Assembly: GCA_048938105.1 (NCBI GenBank)
Contig: JBHLMN010000001.1
Span: forward strand, 320,001-384,000
Length of the DNA stretch: 64,000 bases
DNA from: Promethearchaeota archaeon
Lineage (GTDB): Archaea > Asgardarchaeota > Heimdallarchaeia > Hodarchaeales > Hodarchaeaceae
Direction: 5' to 3'
Shown here one piece after another: positions 9,982-21,027 of the stretch. Position 1 is the stretch's first letter; each line of letters begins with the position of its first letter. The translations under genes and the position numbers were made by a program. Below the pieces are notes generated by a model. It saw nothing but the letters and a program-made list of their open reading frames with translations, did not search any database and had not been told where the DNA came from.

Positions 9982-10623
9982 TTGAATCAAAGTGTTCGGA
10001 TTTTCAAGAAGCGCCTTCAAATTTCCCAGAAAAAGTGGAACACAGTTCAGGGCCATTCATTAAGAACAGTAAATACCATTTTAACCATTCTTTCAAGATT
10101 AAATTTGACTCAACGTCCCGATGCTTTCTCAAAAGCGCTATTAACCAGATTTACTGATATTCCAGAACGTTTAGCCTATCATCTTGCTGAATTGATAAAT
10201 AAAAGTATTACAGAGCTATATTCTTACATTGAACAATTCTCTGATATTGTTCGTGAAATGAGAAAAATCGAGAAAATTTTTCGGTTAGATTTCTCTCTAA
10301 TGGCAAAGAAACATGTGACAAAAAGAAATGAAGCATGGCCTCATGATCTTGAGATCATAGAACAAGCTGAAAGGACTATCCAAGAAATTGTTGATATGTA
10401 TGAGACTGAGCTCACACTTAGAAAGCAACTAATAAATGAAATACAGGAATCAGTCTGTTTACAACCCTTAAAGATCACAGTTTACTTGGTTCTTTGGACA
10501 TCAGAAGTGTATATTGAGCCGACCAGGATTCATGAGCTCATTGAGGAATTTACACATGTTGAAAAGGTTTATGAACGTGTGTCTCAACAAGAATCTTATA
10601 ATTCTCTTCCAAAATCTCGCTGA
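9982..10623 (+). CDS. CINP/C1orf109 (CA109)-like helical protein
   Basis: MYETELTLRKQLINEI...VYLVLWTSEVYIE resembles the recalled CINP C-terminus (MYRKELLLKRTVAKEL...SYLSMWLHQPYVE); RFTDIPERL resembles C1orf109 AFPDLKERL. Confidence 0.6.
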   Translation: MNQSVRIFKKRLQISQKKWNTVQGHSLRTVNTILTILSRLNLTQRPDAFSKALLTRFTDIPERLAYHLAELINKSITELYSYIEQFSDIVREMRKIEKIFRLDFSLMAKKHVTKRNEAWPHDLEIIEQAERTIQEIVDMYETELTLRKQLINEIQESVCLQPLKITVYLVLWTSEVYIEPTRIHELIEEFTHVEKVYERVSQQESYNSLPKSR

Positions 10624-10664
10624 TCTAATTTTCTAAGTACTAAAAGAATGGCTTATAGAATTCT

Positions 10665-12098
10665 CTAACTTGCATGGAAATTTGCTGACTTCAGAATTTT
10701 ATCAATTGATCCATTGCGAAATCCACGAACTAATAATCCCTGAATCTTATCGTTAACAGCGTACTCAGGTTCACCATTCTCTAAAAATTTCCTTACTAAA
10801 TTCATTGAAACCGTTAAGTTATCTCGAGCAGTTTTTTCTAAACCAGCTGAATATATAGCTACACCTCTTAATTGAGAATTTTGTGGCCCTACTTGTGAAA
10901 TAAAGACACATCGTTTGTCTCCTGCAGTTAAATGGTCAGGTGTATGTCCAATTAAGTCAGAGCTCATTGACTGAATAGCAGAGAATAGACCTGTATACAA
11001 ACAGACTTCTTGACCAGCTGGACGGTGACTTGCAAATAAAGGAAGACCACCATCATCGAAAATATAGATCTCCGAATCTGAGAATATCCTGTTCAAAACG
11101 TTAAAACGTTCATCCTCTTCAGAGGAATCTGATAGTATTGCGTCTGTAAAATTTCTTTTGATTGAAGTTTCACATGAAGCAAGTGCTGGAGTAACAGAAG
11201 TTAGAAAATCAGTTGAGGCAAAACTGGGTACAATATTTCCTATTGGATTAGAATCTGTCAGAAAAATTACCACATTATACCCTGAAATGTAAGGGTTGAC
11301 AATATTAGAAAAAATAATCTCAATTTCTTTTCCAAATGTTTTTGCTATTTGTTTGGATGTATTATTCATTACTTTAAGACTAAGAGATTTAACTGAAGTC
11401 ACAGATATAAATATCATCTCTAAACTTTCAAGTTTTTCAGGGATTGTGGCGACTAATCTCTCACCAACCTGGTTAATAACTTCTTCTATTGCATCTTCTA
11501 AGATTGTTGAAGATGAAATTCCATAGTACATACATTTAGATTCACCAAAAATACGAATTAAATTGGAGAATGAAACTCCAAATCCAGGGGATGGAGTAAG
11601 ACTTGAAATTAGGGTATCTAATAAAACAAGAAATTTCCATCTACCTTTTTCAAGATTACAATCAAAATGAAAATAACATTCACCAAATATCTCCCTTTGA
11701 CAGGAGTTTAATCCTGTTCCTGTATCAATGAAAATAGGAACGGTTCCAGAAAATTCTATAGAAGCTAGAATGGCTCCTAAAGCCCTGAAAACTTCCTTTT
11801 CAGAAGAATTAAAAATAAATATTAAAAAATAGGCATTTAAAAGGCTGTAGATCTGTGGTATCATCGTTTCGGAGTCAAAACTGACTACTTGATCACAGAT
11901 ATCAGGAGTGATTGGTGTCCCAGTTGTTATAAGCAGTAGAGGTAAGCGAGACTCACTTTTTGTAGTTAAATAATCATTTAGAAGTTGTAATTCAGCTGTC
12001 AGATCATTTCCAATACATATGATTTTCCCACGTGGCCGAAAATACTCCAATATTGAATTTTTATCAGATTGTGAGCTCAAAGCTAATATCTCTTGCAT
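10665..12098 (-). CDS. Degenerate FtsZ/tubulin-fold protein fused to C-terminal longin/roadblock-like domain
   Basis: aa ~160-285 follow the FtsZ C-domain pattern, with no GGGTG motif. C-terminal IYIFDDGGLPLF...GLFSAIQSMSSDLIG is longin-like. Confidence 0.55.
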   Translation of the reverse strand: MQEILALSSQSDKNSILEYFRPRGKIICIGNDLTAELQLLNDYLTTKSESRLPLLLITTGTPITPDICDQVVSFDSETMIPQIYSLLNAYFLIFIFNSSEKEVFRALGAILASIEFSGTVPIFIDTGTGLNSCQREIFGECYFHFDCNLEKGRWKFLVLLDTLISSLTPSPGFGVSFSNLIRIFGESKCMYYGISSSTILEDAIEEVINQVGERLVATIPEKLESLEMIFISVTSVKSLSLKVMNNTSKQIAKTFGKEIEIIFSNIVNPYISGYNVVIFLTDSNPIGNIVPSFASTDFLTSVTPALASCETSIKRNFTDAILSDSSEEDERFNVLNRIFSDSEIYIFDDGGLPLFASHRPAGQEVCLYTGLFSAIQSMSSDLIGHTPDHLTAGDKRCVFISQVGPQNSQLRGVAIYSAGLEKTARDNLTVSMNLVRKFLENGEPEYAVNDKIQGLLVRGFRNGSIDKILKSANFHAS

Positions 12099-12383
12099 TT
12101 TATGAATTAGAATACCCTTTCTGATACTATTTTGGAGAAGGGGAATTTCAGATGACAGGTGATCTCAATCTAAAACAAACTCTTCAATAACCATATTATG
12201 TGGAAAATATTCTAAATGACTTTCAAAGGAAGATTGAACAGCTCCTCATAACATAACTAATTGACATCCTCACTGATTTAAAAGAATAGAGAATTAAGAA
12301 AACAATAATTCATTTTTGAAATATTGAATAGATTAATTCATATAGCAATCTTATTCCTCCCTGAGTAAATTTGGTAGATCATA

Positions 12384-14309
12384 ATGACATTTGAAATCAA
12401 AAAATGTGAAGGTTGGGGACGATTGGGACTAGCTTTTGGAAAAGAAGGTTTTATCACACCAAATATAGTTAGACCTTGCTTTTTTAACAATAATTCTTTT
12501 TTTCAACAAACTTCTCTCTTTAACTTTTCAAAATGTCAGGAGAATAAAATTTCTCTGACTTCTAAAAATGATAAGTTAAAAGATAATGTAGATTTCGACT
12601 ATTTCCCTTCATGTTTCATATATCCTTCTTTACAAATGCAAGGAAAGTCTTTGGAGGAGCTTTCTAGTTTTGATGATTTGTTCCCCGTGAACATTACCAA
12701 AAGATCTCACTCAAAAGCATCTTATCACCTTATCCCATGGGATTTACCCACGATATTTTTGAATCGATATGATAAATACTTACAAGCTCTTAATACCCTT
12801 GAAATACCAGAGTTAGGCGAAAAAACGAGATTAATGTTAAATGTCCCATTTACACCTGAAATCCTTGAAACTGAACTCCCACCTCTAGGTTCTTCTGCAA
12901 TTTCAGTGGTAAGTTTAGGAGATATATCATCATTACTAACACATCCGCCACTTTTAATACGATATTTGGTTCATATAAAGTCATGGTTATCCCCTAATAA
13001 GATGTTATACGCTCCTGCAGTTCCTTCAAGTTTTATTCCAATTTTAGTGTACTTAGGTATTGATTTATTTGACTTATTAATTACAGATATGTACTCGACA
13101 AACCCATTTCAAGAATTTAATTTGATTTTCGAACAGAATACGACTAGGAAGTTTTTTTTACAAGTTCTTCATTTCACTAGAGAAGCCATAGAAACAAACA
13201 AATTGAGGGATTTAACAAGGATTTTCGCAAATTCCTTTCCTTATTTAAAGGTATTATTAAGAATAAGTGATAAACAGATTCCACTTGAAAAAGGAACTCC
13301 TCTTTACGGATCTCGAACCCTTTACTGCACTGATGAAACTGATTTCACCCGTCCAGAGGTGACACGATTTCGTGAAAGGGTAAGAACTCGTTATAGCCCA
13401 CCTTCTCACACTACTGGGATTATCTTCCTCCCTTGCTCAGCTAAGAAGCCGTATTCACGATCGAAATCACATCAGATTTTTAGAAAAGTAATCCGTCGAA
13501 ATTTAAAGGGAAAACGTTTCTCAGTTGGAGAAGTAATCCTGACAAGCCCCTTAGGTGTTGTACCACGAAACCTTGAGTACTCTTTTCCAGCAGCTCATTA
13601 TGATATTCCAGTTACAGGAGAATGGAGTCAAATTGAGAAAAACCATTTAAAAAAAGATCTTGTATCTTTTTTGGACAAAGTCAAATCATCTATTCCGCTT
13701 GTGGGTTATGTTAAAGGAATAGAACGTGAGATACTAAAGAAAGTATGTAACCAGCTCAATCGTTTGATATACCTTTTACCTCAAGATGTAACATCGTTAT
13801 CTTCGAAAGAATCTCTCGAAGAATTCTCAGCCATTCTTCAAGAGGTTTCACTTAAGATTTCCTACAAGCCAAAAATTCCTAACCGACTCGTGTTTCTTAG
13901 AACAATTGCTGATTTCCAATTTGGGAAAGGGATTGGGTCAGTTCTCATTCCGGATCATGTTAAAATATATGGTCGAAAAGAACTTGGAATTAGAGTTCAA
14001 CTTAATAACAGACATCACCTCACATTTCGTCCAGAAACAGGTTATCTAACTTTATCTCTGACCGCAGGAAAGTTGTTATTAAACCACAGTAACAATTTAG
14101 TAACATTTGATGGTCAGAAAATCATTGGTTCTACAATATTCTCAAAAGCCATAATCAAGGCAGATCCAGAGATACGTCCAAATGATGAAGTTCTTATTAT
14201 AGATAGAAATGGGGAATTATTGGCTGTTGGTGTAGCACACCTACCAGGAAATCTTTTAGTTGAAATGAAAAGAGGTAAAGGGGTTACTATTCGTCAAAAG
14301 GTGAAGTAA
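12384..14309 (+). CDS. arcS: Archaeosine synthase subunit alpha
   Basis: Degenerate TGT-like N-terminus, LPCSAKKPYSRSKSH motif, YDIPVTGEW, C-terminal PUA domain; adjacent to RaSEA. Confidence 0.9.
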   Translation: MTFEIKKCEGWGRLGLAFGKEGFITPNIVRPCFFNNNSFFQQTSLFNFSKCQENKISLTSKNDKLKDNVDFDYFPSCFIYPSLQMQGKSLEELSSFDDLFPVNITKRSHSKASYHLIPWDLPTIFLNRYDKYLQALNTLEIPELGEKTRLMLNVPFTPEILETELPPLGSSAISVVSLGDISSLLTHPPLLIRYLVHIKSWLSPNKMLYAPAVPSSFIPILVYLGIDLFDLLITDMYSTNPFQEFNLIFEQNTTRKFFLQVLHFTREAIETNKLRDLTRIFANSFPYLKVLLRISDKQIPLEKGTPLYGSRTLYCTDETDFTRPEVTRFRERVRTRYSPPSHTTGIIFLPCSAKKPYSRSKSHQIFRKVIRRNLKGKRFSVGEVILTSPLGVVPRNLEYSFPAAHYDIPVTGEWSQIEKNHLKKDLVSFLDKVKSSIPLVGYVKGIEREILKKVCNQLNRLIYLLPQDVTSLSSKESLEEFSAILQEVSLKISYKPKIPNRLVFLRTIADFQFGKGIGSVLIPDHVKIYGRKELGIRVQLNNRHHLTFRPETGYLTLSLTAGKLLLNHSNNLVTFDGQKIIGSTIFSKAIIKADPEIRPNDEVLIIDRNGELLAVGVAHLPGNLLVEMKRGKGVTIRQKVK

Positions 14310-14310
14310 A

Positions 14311-15408
14311 TTGCCTCAACGAAGAAACACACTACTAGCCTCAAGGATTTTCAATCTACGTCAAGAATACCTCAATAAACGTGCTCCAGATTTTCAAGCA
14401 AAAATATGGAGTAGTACAATCGAAACGAAAGAAAGTATTGTAATAACTATAGTAATCCCAACACGAGGATGTAGTTGGGCTCTTTCAGAGAGCGGAGGAT
14501 GTTCAGTCTGTGGTTATGTGAATGATTCCTCTTATAATCAACCTATCCCAACCCAAAAAATTCTAGACACAATTGATCATTCTTTAAATCAGGTTGACTC
14601 TGAAAAACCCATTGAATTTAAGCTATATAATTCAGGGAGTTTTTTTGATGAAAAAGATGTTCCACAGAGATTACGCTCACAGATTATCGATCTTATAAGA
14701 AATAGAAATGAAATTATTAAATTCGGTGTTGAATGTAGGCCAGAATATCTCATAACTAATCAAATAGTTGTTAAAGAAACAAAAAAAATACTAGAACCCA
14801 TTAAACTAGAAATCGGAGTAGGTCTTGAAAGCTCGAACAATACTATTATAACAGACTGTTGGAATAAAGGATTTTCTATTGAAGATTATAAAAAAAGCGT
14901 ACAAATACTTCGAGCACTAGATGTCCGAATTAAAAGCTATATTTTTATAAAGCCTCCCTTTTTAACTGAGGCAGAGGCAATTATTGATGCAATAAAGACA
15001 GCTCATGACGCAGTGAGATTTGGAACTGATGTGATTTCATTTAATCCTTGTAATGTTCAAAATGGAACACTTGTCAACCTTTTACAAAAACAAGATCGTT
15101 ATCAACCTCCTTGGTTATGGTCTGTGTTATATATTGTAAAAATTATTAGACAGGATTTTCCAGATCTTGAAATTATTTGTGAACCTACCGCAGCAGGAAA
15201 AAAAAGAGGAACACATAACTGTGGGAAATGTGATACGAGAGTTTCTGATCTTATTTCTAAAGTTATTAATAAAGAACAGATAAATGAAAATCTATCTACA
15301 ATCTGTTCTTGTTTTCTAACCTGGAAATTATTAGTGGAAACACCCATAGAAGTGTTTAGATCAAGAAATCTATCGAAACTGCGACAATTGAATCCATTAA
15401 ATGAATGA
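14311..15408 (+). CDS. raSEA: Archaeosine biosynthesis radical SAM protein RaSEA
   Basis: TRGCSWA..GGCSVCGY, YNSGSFFD, ECRPE, KPPFLTE, YQPPWLWS, RGTHNCGKCD; one-base gap after the arcS stop. Confidence 0.92.
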   Translation: MPQRRNTLLASRIFNLRQEYLNKRAPDFQAKIWSSTIETKESIVITIVIPTRGCSWALSESGGCSVCGYVNDSSYNQPIPTQKILDTIDHSLNQVDSEKPIEFKLYNSGSFFDEKDVPQRLRSQIIDLIRNRNEIIKFGVECRPEYLITNQIVVKETKKILEPIKLEIGVGLESSNNTIITDCWNKGFSIEDYKKSVQILRALDVRIKSYIFIKPPFLTEAEAIIDAIKTAHDAVRFGTDVISFNPCNVQNGTLVNLLQKQDRYQPPWLWSVLYIVKIIRQDFPDLEIICEPTAAGKKRGTHNCGKCDTRVSDLISKVINKEQINENLSTICSCFLTWKLLVETPIEVFRSRNLSKLRQLNPLNE

Positions 15409-15443
15409 TTGTGATTCTTAGATAAAATTTTGCTAATTAAAAG

Positions 15444-16601
15444 TTATTTGGATGATGAAAGATACTTTATTAATTCTTCACTGTCTTTAAAGACGTATTT
15501 TTTATCTATTGTCTTGCTAAGCTCTTCTAATAATTTTTTCGAGGATTTGGATAATTTTGAGGGAAATTTCACCACAATTCTGATGTGCATGTCACCTTTA
15601 TGAGAACTATTTGGATATGGAGCTCCTTTATTACGAAGAGTAATTATTTTTCCCGACTCCGTACCAGGTTTGATGTTTATTGTTTCTTTTCCGTCAATGG
15701 TAGGGACTTCAACCTTTGTACCTAATATTGCATCAATAAAACTAATAGGATATTCTAAAAGGATATCAGCGCCATTTCTTCGGAAAAATGGATGAGGTTC
15801 TACTGAAAGGACTACAAACAGATCGCCAGGTGGTCCTCCTAACTCTCCTGGCCGACCTTCACCTTGAATTACAACCCTCATACCATCATCAACTCCAGCT
15901 GGAATTTCAGCACTGACTGATCGATATTGTTTGACTTGGCCCAAACCTCCACAAACCTCACATTCTGCGCCTTTAGGTAATCTTTTCCCCTCTCCATGGC
16001 ATTGCGGACAGGTAGAAATATTAACAATTTGTCCAAATGCTGAACGTTGAATTCGGCGGATTTCCCCAGTTCCCTGACATGTCTTGCAATCTTTCATTGA
16101 TTCTCCTTGTTTTACTTTCGATCCATGACAAGTTGGGCATTGTGCCCAATTAGGAACTCGTATCTTCTTTTTGAGTCCTCTCATTGCCTCATCAAAGGAT
16201 AGATCAAGGTTCAACCGTACATCTTGTCCTCTTCGAGCTCTAGGTCGTGATGTTCGTGCCCGAGAACCTCCGCCGAATGCACTGAAGAGATCACCAAAGA
16301 TGCCAAATCCACTGAAGAGATCCTCGAAACCCATTCCAGAAAAATTCCGGAATTGCGTTCCTGATAATCCAGCATGGCCAAATTGATCATATGTAGCCCT
16401 TTTATCCTTGTCTGATAGAATTTCAAACGCTTCAGCCGCTTCTTTGAATTTTTCTTCCGCATTAGGGTCATCAGGCTTCATATCAGGATGATATTTCCTA
16501 GCAAGTCCGCGAAAAGCCTTCTTTATGGTTTTAAGATCTGCGTCTCTCGATACACCTAAAACTTCATAATAGTCTTTTTTTTCTTCGCTCAGAAACTTCA
16601 C
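15444..16601 (-). CDS. dnaJ: Chaperone DnaJ
   Basis: J domain with HPD, G/F-rich region, four CxxCxGx(G) repeats. Confidence 0.97.
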   Translation of the reverse strand: MKFLSEEKKDYYEVLGVSRDADLKTIKKAFRGLARKYHPDMKPDDPNAEEKFKEAAEAFEILSDKDKRATYDQFGHAGLSGTQFRNFSGMGFEDLFSGFGIFGDLFSAFGGGSRARTSRPRARRGQDVRLNLDLSFDEAMRGLKKKIRVPNWAQCPTCHGSKVKQGESMKDCKTCQGTGEIRRIQRSAFGQIVNISTCPQCHGEGKRLPKGAECEVCGGLGQVKQYRSVSAEIPAGVDDGMRVVIQGEGRPGELGGPPGDLFVVLSVEPHPFFRRNGADILLEYPISFIDAILGTKVEVPTIDGKETINIKPGTESGKIITLRNKGAPYPNSSHKGDMHIRIVVKFPSKLSKSSKKLLEELSKTIDKKYVFKDSEELIKYLSSSK

Positions 16602-16634
16602 CTATCTTCGATGTTTAATTTTAGAAATCTCTCT

Positions 16635-18488
16635 TCAATCATCGTCAACAATTTCGTAATCTACATCGACAACTTCAGATTCATCAGCTCCACCCCTTGC
16701 GCCTTGGAATCCAGCTCCAGCTGACTGTTGTGCTTGTGCTTGAGCCTGTTGTGCTGCTTGCGCCGCATAGAGTTTCTGAGCCAATTCATGGGTAATTTTC
16801 TCTAATTCTTCACTTTTATTTTTAATATCTTCGATTGTACCGCTTTTGATAGTAGTTTTCAGCTCTTCAATTTGCTTTTCAGCTCTTGATTTCAGATTTG
16901 GGTCAATTTTATCTCCTAAGTCTTTGATTAACTTCTCGGATTGATAAACTAAAGAATCAGCTTTATTACGAGTCTCGGCTTCTTCAAGTCGTTTAGCATC
17001 CTCAGCTTCATACTTTGCTGCTTCATCCACCATTCGTTGGAAATCACTTTCAGAAAGCCCGCTATCACTCTTAATAGTAACTTTTTGTTCATTTCCAGTT
17101 CCTAAATCTTTAGCAGAGACATTAACAATTCCATTTGCATCAATATCGAAGGTTACTTCAATTTGGGGAATCCCACGAGGAGCAGGGGGAATTCCAACTA
17201 ATTGAAATCGACCTAATGTTATATTATCTGCTGCCATCTTACGTTCACCCTGCAACACGTGAACTTCAACAGATGGTTGATTATCTGCTGCTGTGGAAAA
17301 TATTTGACTTTTCTTTGTGGGTATAGTAGTATTTCTTTCAATTAATTGAGTAAACACTCCTCCTAAGGTCTCTATCCCTAATGATAATGGTGTAACATCT
17401 AGTAGTAGCACATCTTTCACATCACCCACCAGAATAGCAGCTTGAACAGCAGCTCCTAAGGCTACACATTCGTCTGGGTTAATTTCTCTTGTTAAATCTT
17501 TATTGAAGAAGCTTTTTAATGCTGATTGAACAGCCGGTACCCTAGTTGATCCACCTACCAATAAAATTTTATCAATATCTGAAGGCTGCAGTTTTGCATC
17601 AGACATTGCTTGTCGCGTAGGACCCATGGCTGCTTCAATCAGATCAGCTATCATTATCTCGAATTTAGAACGTGATAACGTAAGATTAAGATGTTTTGGT
17701 CCGGTGTTATCAGCATAAATATATGGTAAATTAATATCTGCTGATGTTTTTTGTGATAATTCTATTTTAGCTTGTTCTGCAGCATCTTTCAGACGTTGCA
17801 TTGCCATTGGATCATTAGAAAGATCTAATCCTGTATCTTTCTTGAATTCTTCAATCATCCAATCCATAATTCTTTGATCAAAATCGTCCCCACCAAGACG
17901 ATTGTTTCCTGAAGTGGCCTTAACCTCAAAGACTCCTTCTGATAACTCTAAAATGGAAACATCAAACGTACCTCCTCCTAAGTCAAAAACTAGGACAGTT
18001 TGTTCTTCTTCTTTATCAAGTCCATATGCTAACGAAGCACTTGTTGGTTCATTAATAATTCGTAATACTTCCAGTCCTGCAATTCGTCCTGCGTCTTTAG
18101 TAGCTTGTCGTTGTGCATCAGAGAAATAAGCAGGGACAGTTATCACAGCCTGTTTTATGGGTTCACCTAAATATGCTTCAGCATCACGTTTTAACTTCTG
18201 AAGGATCATGGCACTAATTTCAGGTGGTTTGTAAACCTTTCCATCTATCGTAACTGTATAATTAGTACCCATTTCTCTCTTTATTGATCTGATAGTACGT
18301 TCTGGGTTTGAAACAGCTTGCCTTCTAGCTAAAATACCGACAACTCTTTCTCCTTCTTTTGTGATTGTAACCACAGAGGGAGTTATTCTCTGTCCTTCAG
18401 CATTTGGAATGATTTTTGCTTTACCACCTTCCATGGTAGCAATACCAGAAAATGTGGTTCCTAAATCTATACCGATTGGTCTTGGCAT
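16635..18488 (-). CDS. dnaK: Chaperone DnaK (Hsp70)
   Basis: [32 protein letters not shown]. Start placed at ATG 18488 (MPRPIGID), just after the grpE stop. Confidence 0.98.
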   Translation of the reverse strand: MPRPIGIDLGTTFSGIATMEGGKAKIIPNAEGQRITPSVVTITKEGERVVGILARRQAVSNPERTIRSIKREMGTNYTVTIDGKVYKPPEISAMILQKLKRDAEAYLGEPIKQAVITVPAYFSDAQRQATKDAGRIAGLEVLRIINEPTSASLAYGLDKEEEQTVLVFDLGGGTFDVSILELSEGVFEVKATSGNNRLGGDDFDQRIMDWMIEEFKKDTGLDLSNDPMAMQRLKDAAEQAKIELSQKTSADINLPYIYADNTGPKHLNLTLSRSKFEIMIADLIEAAMGPTRQAMSDAKLQPSDIDKILLVGGSTRVPAVQSALKSFFNKDLTREINPDECVALGAAVQAAILVGDVKDVLLLDVTPLSLGIETLGGVFTQLIERNTTIPTKKSQIFSTAADNQPSVEVHVLQGERKMAADNITLGRFQLVGIPPAPRGIPQIEVTFDIDANGIVNVSAKDLGTGNEQKVTIKSDSGLSESDFQRMVDEAAKYEAEDAKRLEEAETRNKADSLVYQSEKLIKDLGDKIDPNLKSRAEKQIEELKTTIKSGTIEDIKNKSEELEKITHELAQKLYAAQAAQQAQAQAQQSAGAGFQGARGGADESEVVDVDYEIVDDD

Positions 18489-18489
18489 C

Positions 18490-19155
18490 TTAATTTTCAC
18501 CTTGTGTTACATTTTTAGCTATTACAACTTTAGTTGGGCGTAATACTTTAGAATTCAATAAATATCCAATCTGAACTTCTTCTAGAATTATATCCTCTTC
18601 AGTATCTGGATTAGATTTCACAAAAACAACTTCGTGGAAGTTAGGATCAAACTTCTCACCGATAGCTTGAATTCTTTCGACTCCTTCATTTTTCAAGATA
18701 GTGTTGAATTGTTTGCGAACTGATTGAAAGCCTTCAATCACTGAATGGTGAGAACTTTTCTCTTTACTAGACATATCTATTTCTGCTTTTTCAAAACTGT
18801 CAGCCAGATCGACAAGCTTAAGTAATAACCTTTCATTCGCCTCTTTCACAATCCTGGCTCGCTCTGTCCTCGTACGTTTTTCTAGGTTTTCATAGTCTGC
18901 CAATGCACGCAGATATTTTTGATGTGTCTTTTCATAAAACTCATCTTTCTCTTCGAGTTGTGTATATACTCGTTTCAATTCATCTATCAGTTCTTTTTTC
19001 GTATTATCTTCTACTAAATTAGGCGTCGAGTCTTTTTTAGCCGCAGTTTTTAGATTAGTCTCATTCTCAGTTTCTTCGATCTGATAATCAATATCTACGA
19101 TTTCTTCTTCGATCTTATTAGAGTTTTTGAGATTTTTTTTGCTCATAATAGACAC
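18490..19155 (-). CDS. grpE: Nucleotide exchange factor GrpE
   Basis: [41 protein letters not shown]. Confidence 0.96.
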   Translation of the reverse strand: MSIMSKKNLKNSNKIEEEIVDIDYQIEETENETNLKTAAKKDSTPNLVEDNTKKELIDELKRVYTQLEEKDEFYEKTHQKYLRALADYENLEKRTRTERARIVKEANERLLLKLVDLADSFEKAEIDMSSKEKSSHHSVIEGFQSVRKQFNTILKNEGVERIQAIGEKFDPNFHEVVFVKSNPDTEEDIILEEVQIGYLLNSKVLRPTKVVIAKNVTQGEN

Positions 19156-19156
19156 T

Positions 19157-19909
19157 TCATTCTGTTTTTGTGCTCAATGTTGATTCTAACCTGTCCATTA
19201 AATGAATACCTTTTTCAGGTAGTAACTTTTTTTCATGTAATATCCGTAGTGATTCTAAAAGCTCAGATCGCTTGGTATTAATCTCTTTTTGTATCAAATC
19301 AATGGATATAGGGGCTGAACTCGAAAAAATAGTGTAAGCAAGTTCTCTATCCTTCCGATGCACATCACCCTCAAGTTTCATTGAAATTGTTTCGTTTAAT
19401 TCTCCTGTAATAGAGAGTTTTCTGCTTAAAAGAAATGTTTCGATAGAACCGAGTTGATCAAGTACAGTGTCTATCCTTCCTATTTGTTTAGCAAAATCAA
19501 AATTTTTTACCTCTAATGCTTCCAACACATTAAATGATAAATCTTTGCTCAAAGATTCGACATAATCAAGAGGAAGTGACTTCTTTGTATCAAATTCTCC
19601 AATTGAAATCTCGAAAACGTCAAAATCAAAAGAATGTTGAGTTAAGGTAATCCTAACGGAAAGATTTTTCGCAATTCGATATATTTTTCTTGAAGGGCCG
19701 AATGGTCCTTCAACAGCCTCACGAACAATCCACCCCTTTTCCATCAAGCAATGAAGATGTCTTTGTAGAGATTGTTGAGATTTATTCAACTCCTGTGAGA
19801 GCTGAAAGAGATATTTTGGCTCTCGTGCAATGGATCGCAAAATATCACGGCGTGTATCATTGCCAACTAGCTCAAAAAATTCTTGTTCATCCACAGGAAA
19901 CAGAATCAC
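19157..19909 (-). CDS. ArsR-type wHTH regulator, Phr/HSR1-like heat-shock repressor
   Basis: LVGNDTRRDILR...LSQELNKSQQSLQRHL..L...G..RKIY; first gene of the grpE-dnaK-dnaJ operon. Confidence 0.8.
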   Translation of the reverse strand: MILFPVDEQEFFELVGNDTRRDILRSIAREPKYLFQLSQELNKSQQSLQRHLHCLMEKGWIVREAVEGPFGPSRKIYRIAKNLSVRITLTQHSFDFDVFEISIGEFDTKKSLPLDYVESLSKDLSFNVLEALEVKNFDFAKQIGRIDTVLDQLGSIETFLLSRKLSITGELNETISMKLEGDVHRKDRELAYTIFSSSAPISIDLIQKEINTKRSELLESLRILHEKKLLPEKGIHLMDRLESTLSTKTE

Positions 19910-19955
19910 CTTTCAAATGACATATATTGGTCAAAAGGGCAGTAATTGCTAATCA

Positions 19956-20007
19956 ATTTTATAGCTTATTAGTAATTAAGTTGACTAGTGGTAACTTAAG
20001 CTTACTA
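19956..20007 (-). promoter_or_regulatory. TATA box plus palindromic operator of the heat-shock operon
   Basis: Minus-strand TATAAAAT at 19963-19956. Adjacent inverted repeat TAGTAA-TTAAGTT-N10-AACTTAA-gc-TTACTA (19970-20007) has an AC-N5-GT core. Confidence 0.6.
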
Positions 20008-20070
20008 GTTCCTCCAAATCTAAAACAAAAATTATATTATAAACCAGAATATTGAAAGAGATTTTTTAGG

Positions 20071-21027
20071 TCATTCCTCTTCGTCATTGGTAGAACTTAC
20101 TTCAAGAAAATCGGGATTCTGGGTCATCATGATTCTCATTTCTTCGATAGAAAGAGTTTTCTTTTTTGTATGACTTAATTTCTCTCGTATTTTTGCGCTT
20201 TGTGCTTCAAGTATTTCAGCAGTAACTCTATCGCGTTCAATCTGAATTCGTTCCTTTTGAATACGGCTTTGTTCTCTTAGAATACTTGACTTTTCCCTTA
20301 GAGTCTTATTCAATGCGCGAAACTCTTCACGCAATATTCGTATTTCATCTGCTTTTTCTAAGAATTCCTTATGTCTACGATCAGCTTCATCTTTCGCTCT
20401 TTTTCCTGCTTCATATAGTTCTGTTAACTGCTGATGTGACTTTTGCGATTTTTCCACTAATTCAGAGAAATCTTTCCAGCTATGATCGAGAAATCCACGA
20501 AGATTATTTATTTCACGGTTAAGCTCTTTTCGAGCTTGTAGTTTCTCTTCTGAAACAGATATCTCACCTAACTGCTCCATTAAACTGTTTACTTGATCTG
20601 TTAACTGTCTTTCCTCAGCTACTCCCATAGATGGAGTTGTTTGAATTTTCCAATCTAATCGATCAATTCGTTTACGAATACTTTTAGACTGCCTTATTTC
20701 TTTTTCATCAATATCCATTGATTTAATTTCTTCTTGAAGTGATTGGGCTTTTTTGATTAAACCTTTCATTTCCTCTAGGACACTACGGCGAACCATTTTC
20801 AATTCTTGGATAGATTGGTTATTTTTATCCCGTAATTCTTTAAGTTCCCTCACTTGAACAAAATTTTCTGAAGCTATCTTGTTAAGTTCGTCTCTTTCAG
20901 AACGATTTTGATTCCTTTCTCGCTCTAGTTTTCGAAGTTGGCTTAGTAACTGGGATTTTTGGTTACGAAGCTGTATTATTTCATCTTTCAGAGTCCTAAG
21001 GTCTTGAGTTTCAAAGGCCTTGGCCAT
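20071..21027 (-). CDS. Archaeal coiled-coil protein (COG1340-like)
   Basis: Long heptad protein with RDELN, LDWKIQT, EADRRHKEF and LSIEE motifs. Confidence 0.75.
   Translation of the reverse strand: MAKAFETQDLRTLKDEIIQLRNQKSQLLSQLRKLERERNQNRSERDELNKIASENFVQVRELKELRDKNNQSIQELKMVRRSVLEEMKGLIKKAQSLQEEIKSMDIDEKEIRQSKSIRKRIDRLDWKIQTTPSMGVAEERQLTDQVNSLMEQLGEISVSEEKLQARKELNREINNLRGFLDHSWKDFSELVEKSQKSHQQLTELYEAGKRAKDEADRRHKEFLEKADEIRILREEFRALNKTLREKSSILREQSRIQKERIQIERDRVTAEILEAQSAKIREKLSHTKKKTLSIEEMRIMMTQNPDFLEVSSTNDEEE

Noticed and set aside
16730-16770. Ala/Gln-rich repeat-like DNA
   Set aside because: Encodes the ordinary low-complexity DnaK C-terminal tail.
20071-21027. Coiled-coil protein as a possible ESCRT-III or SMC component
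   Set aside because: No ATPase or Snf7 features; fits the common archaeal COG1340-like family.
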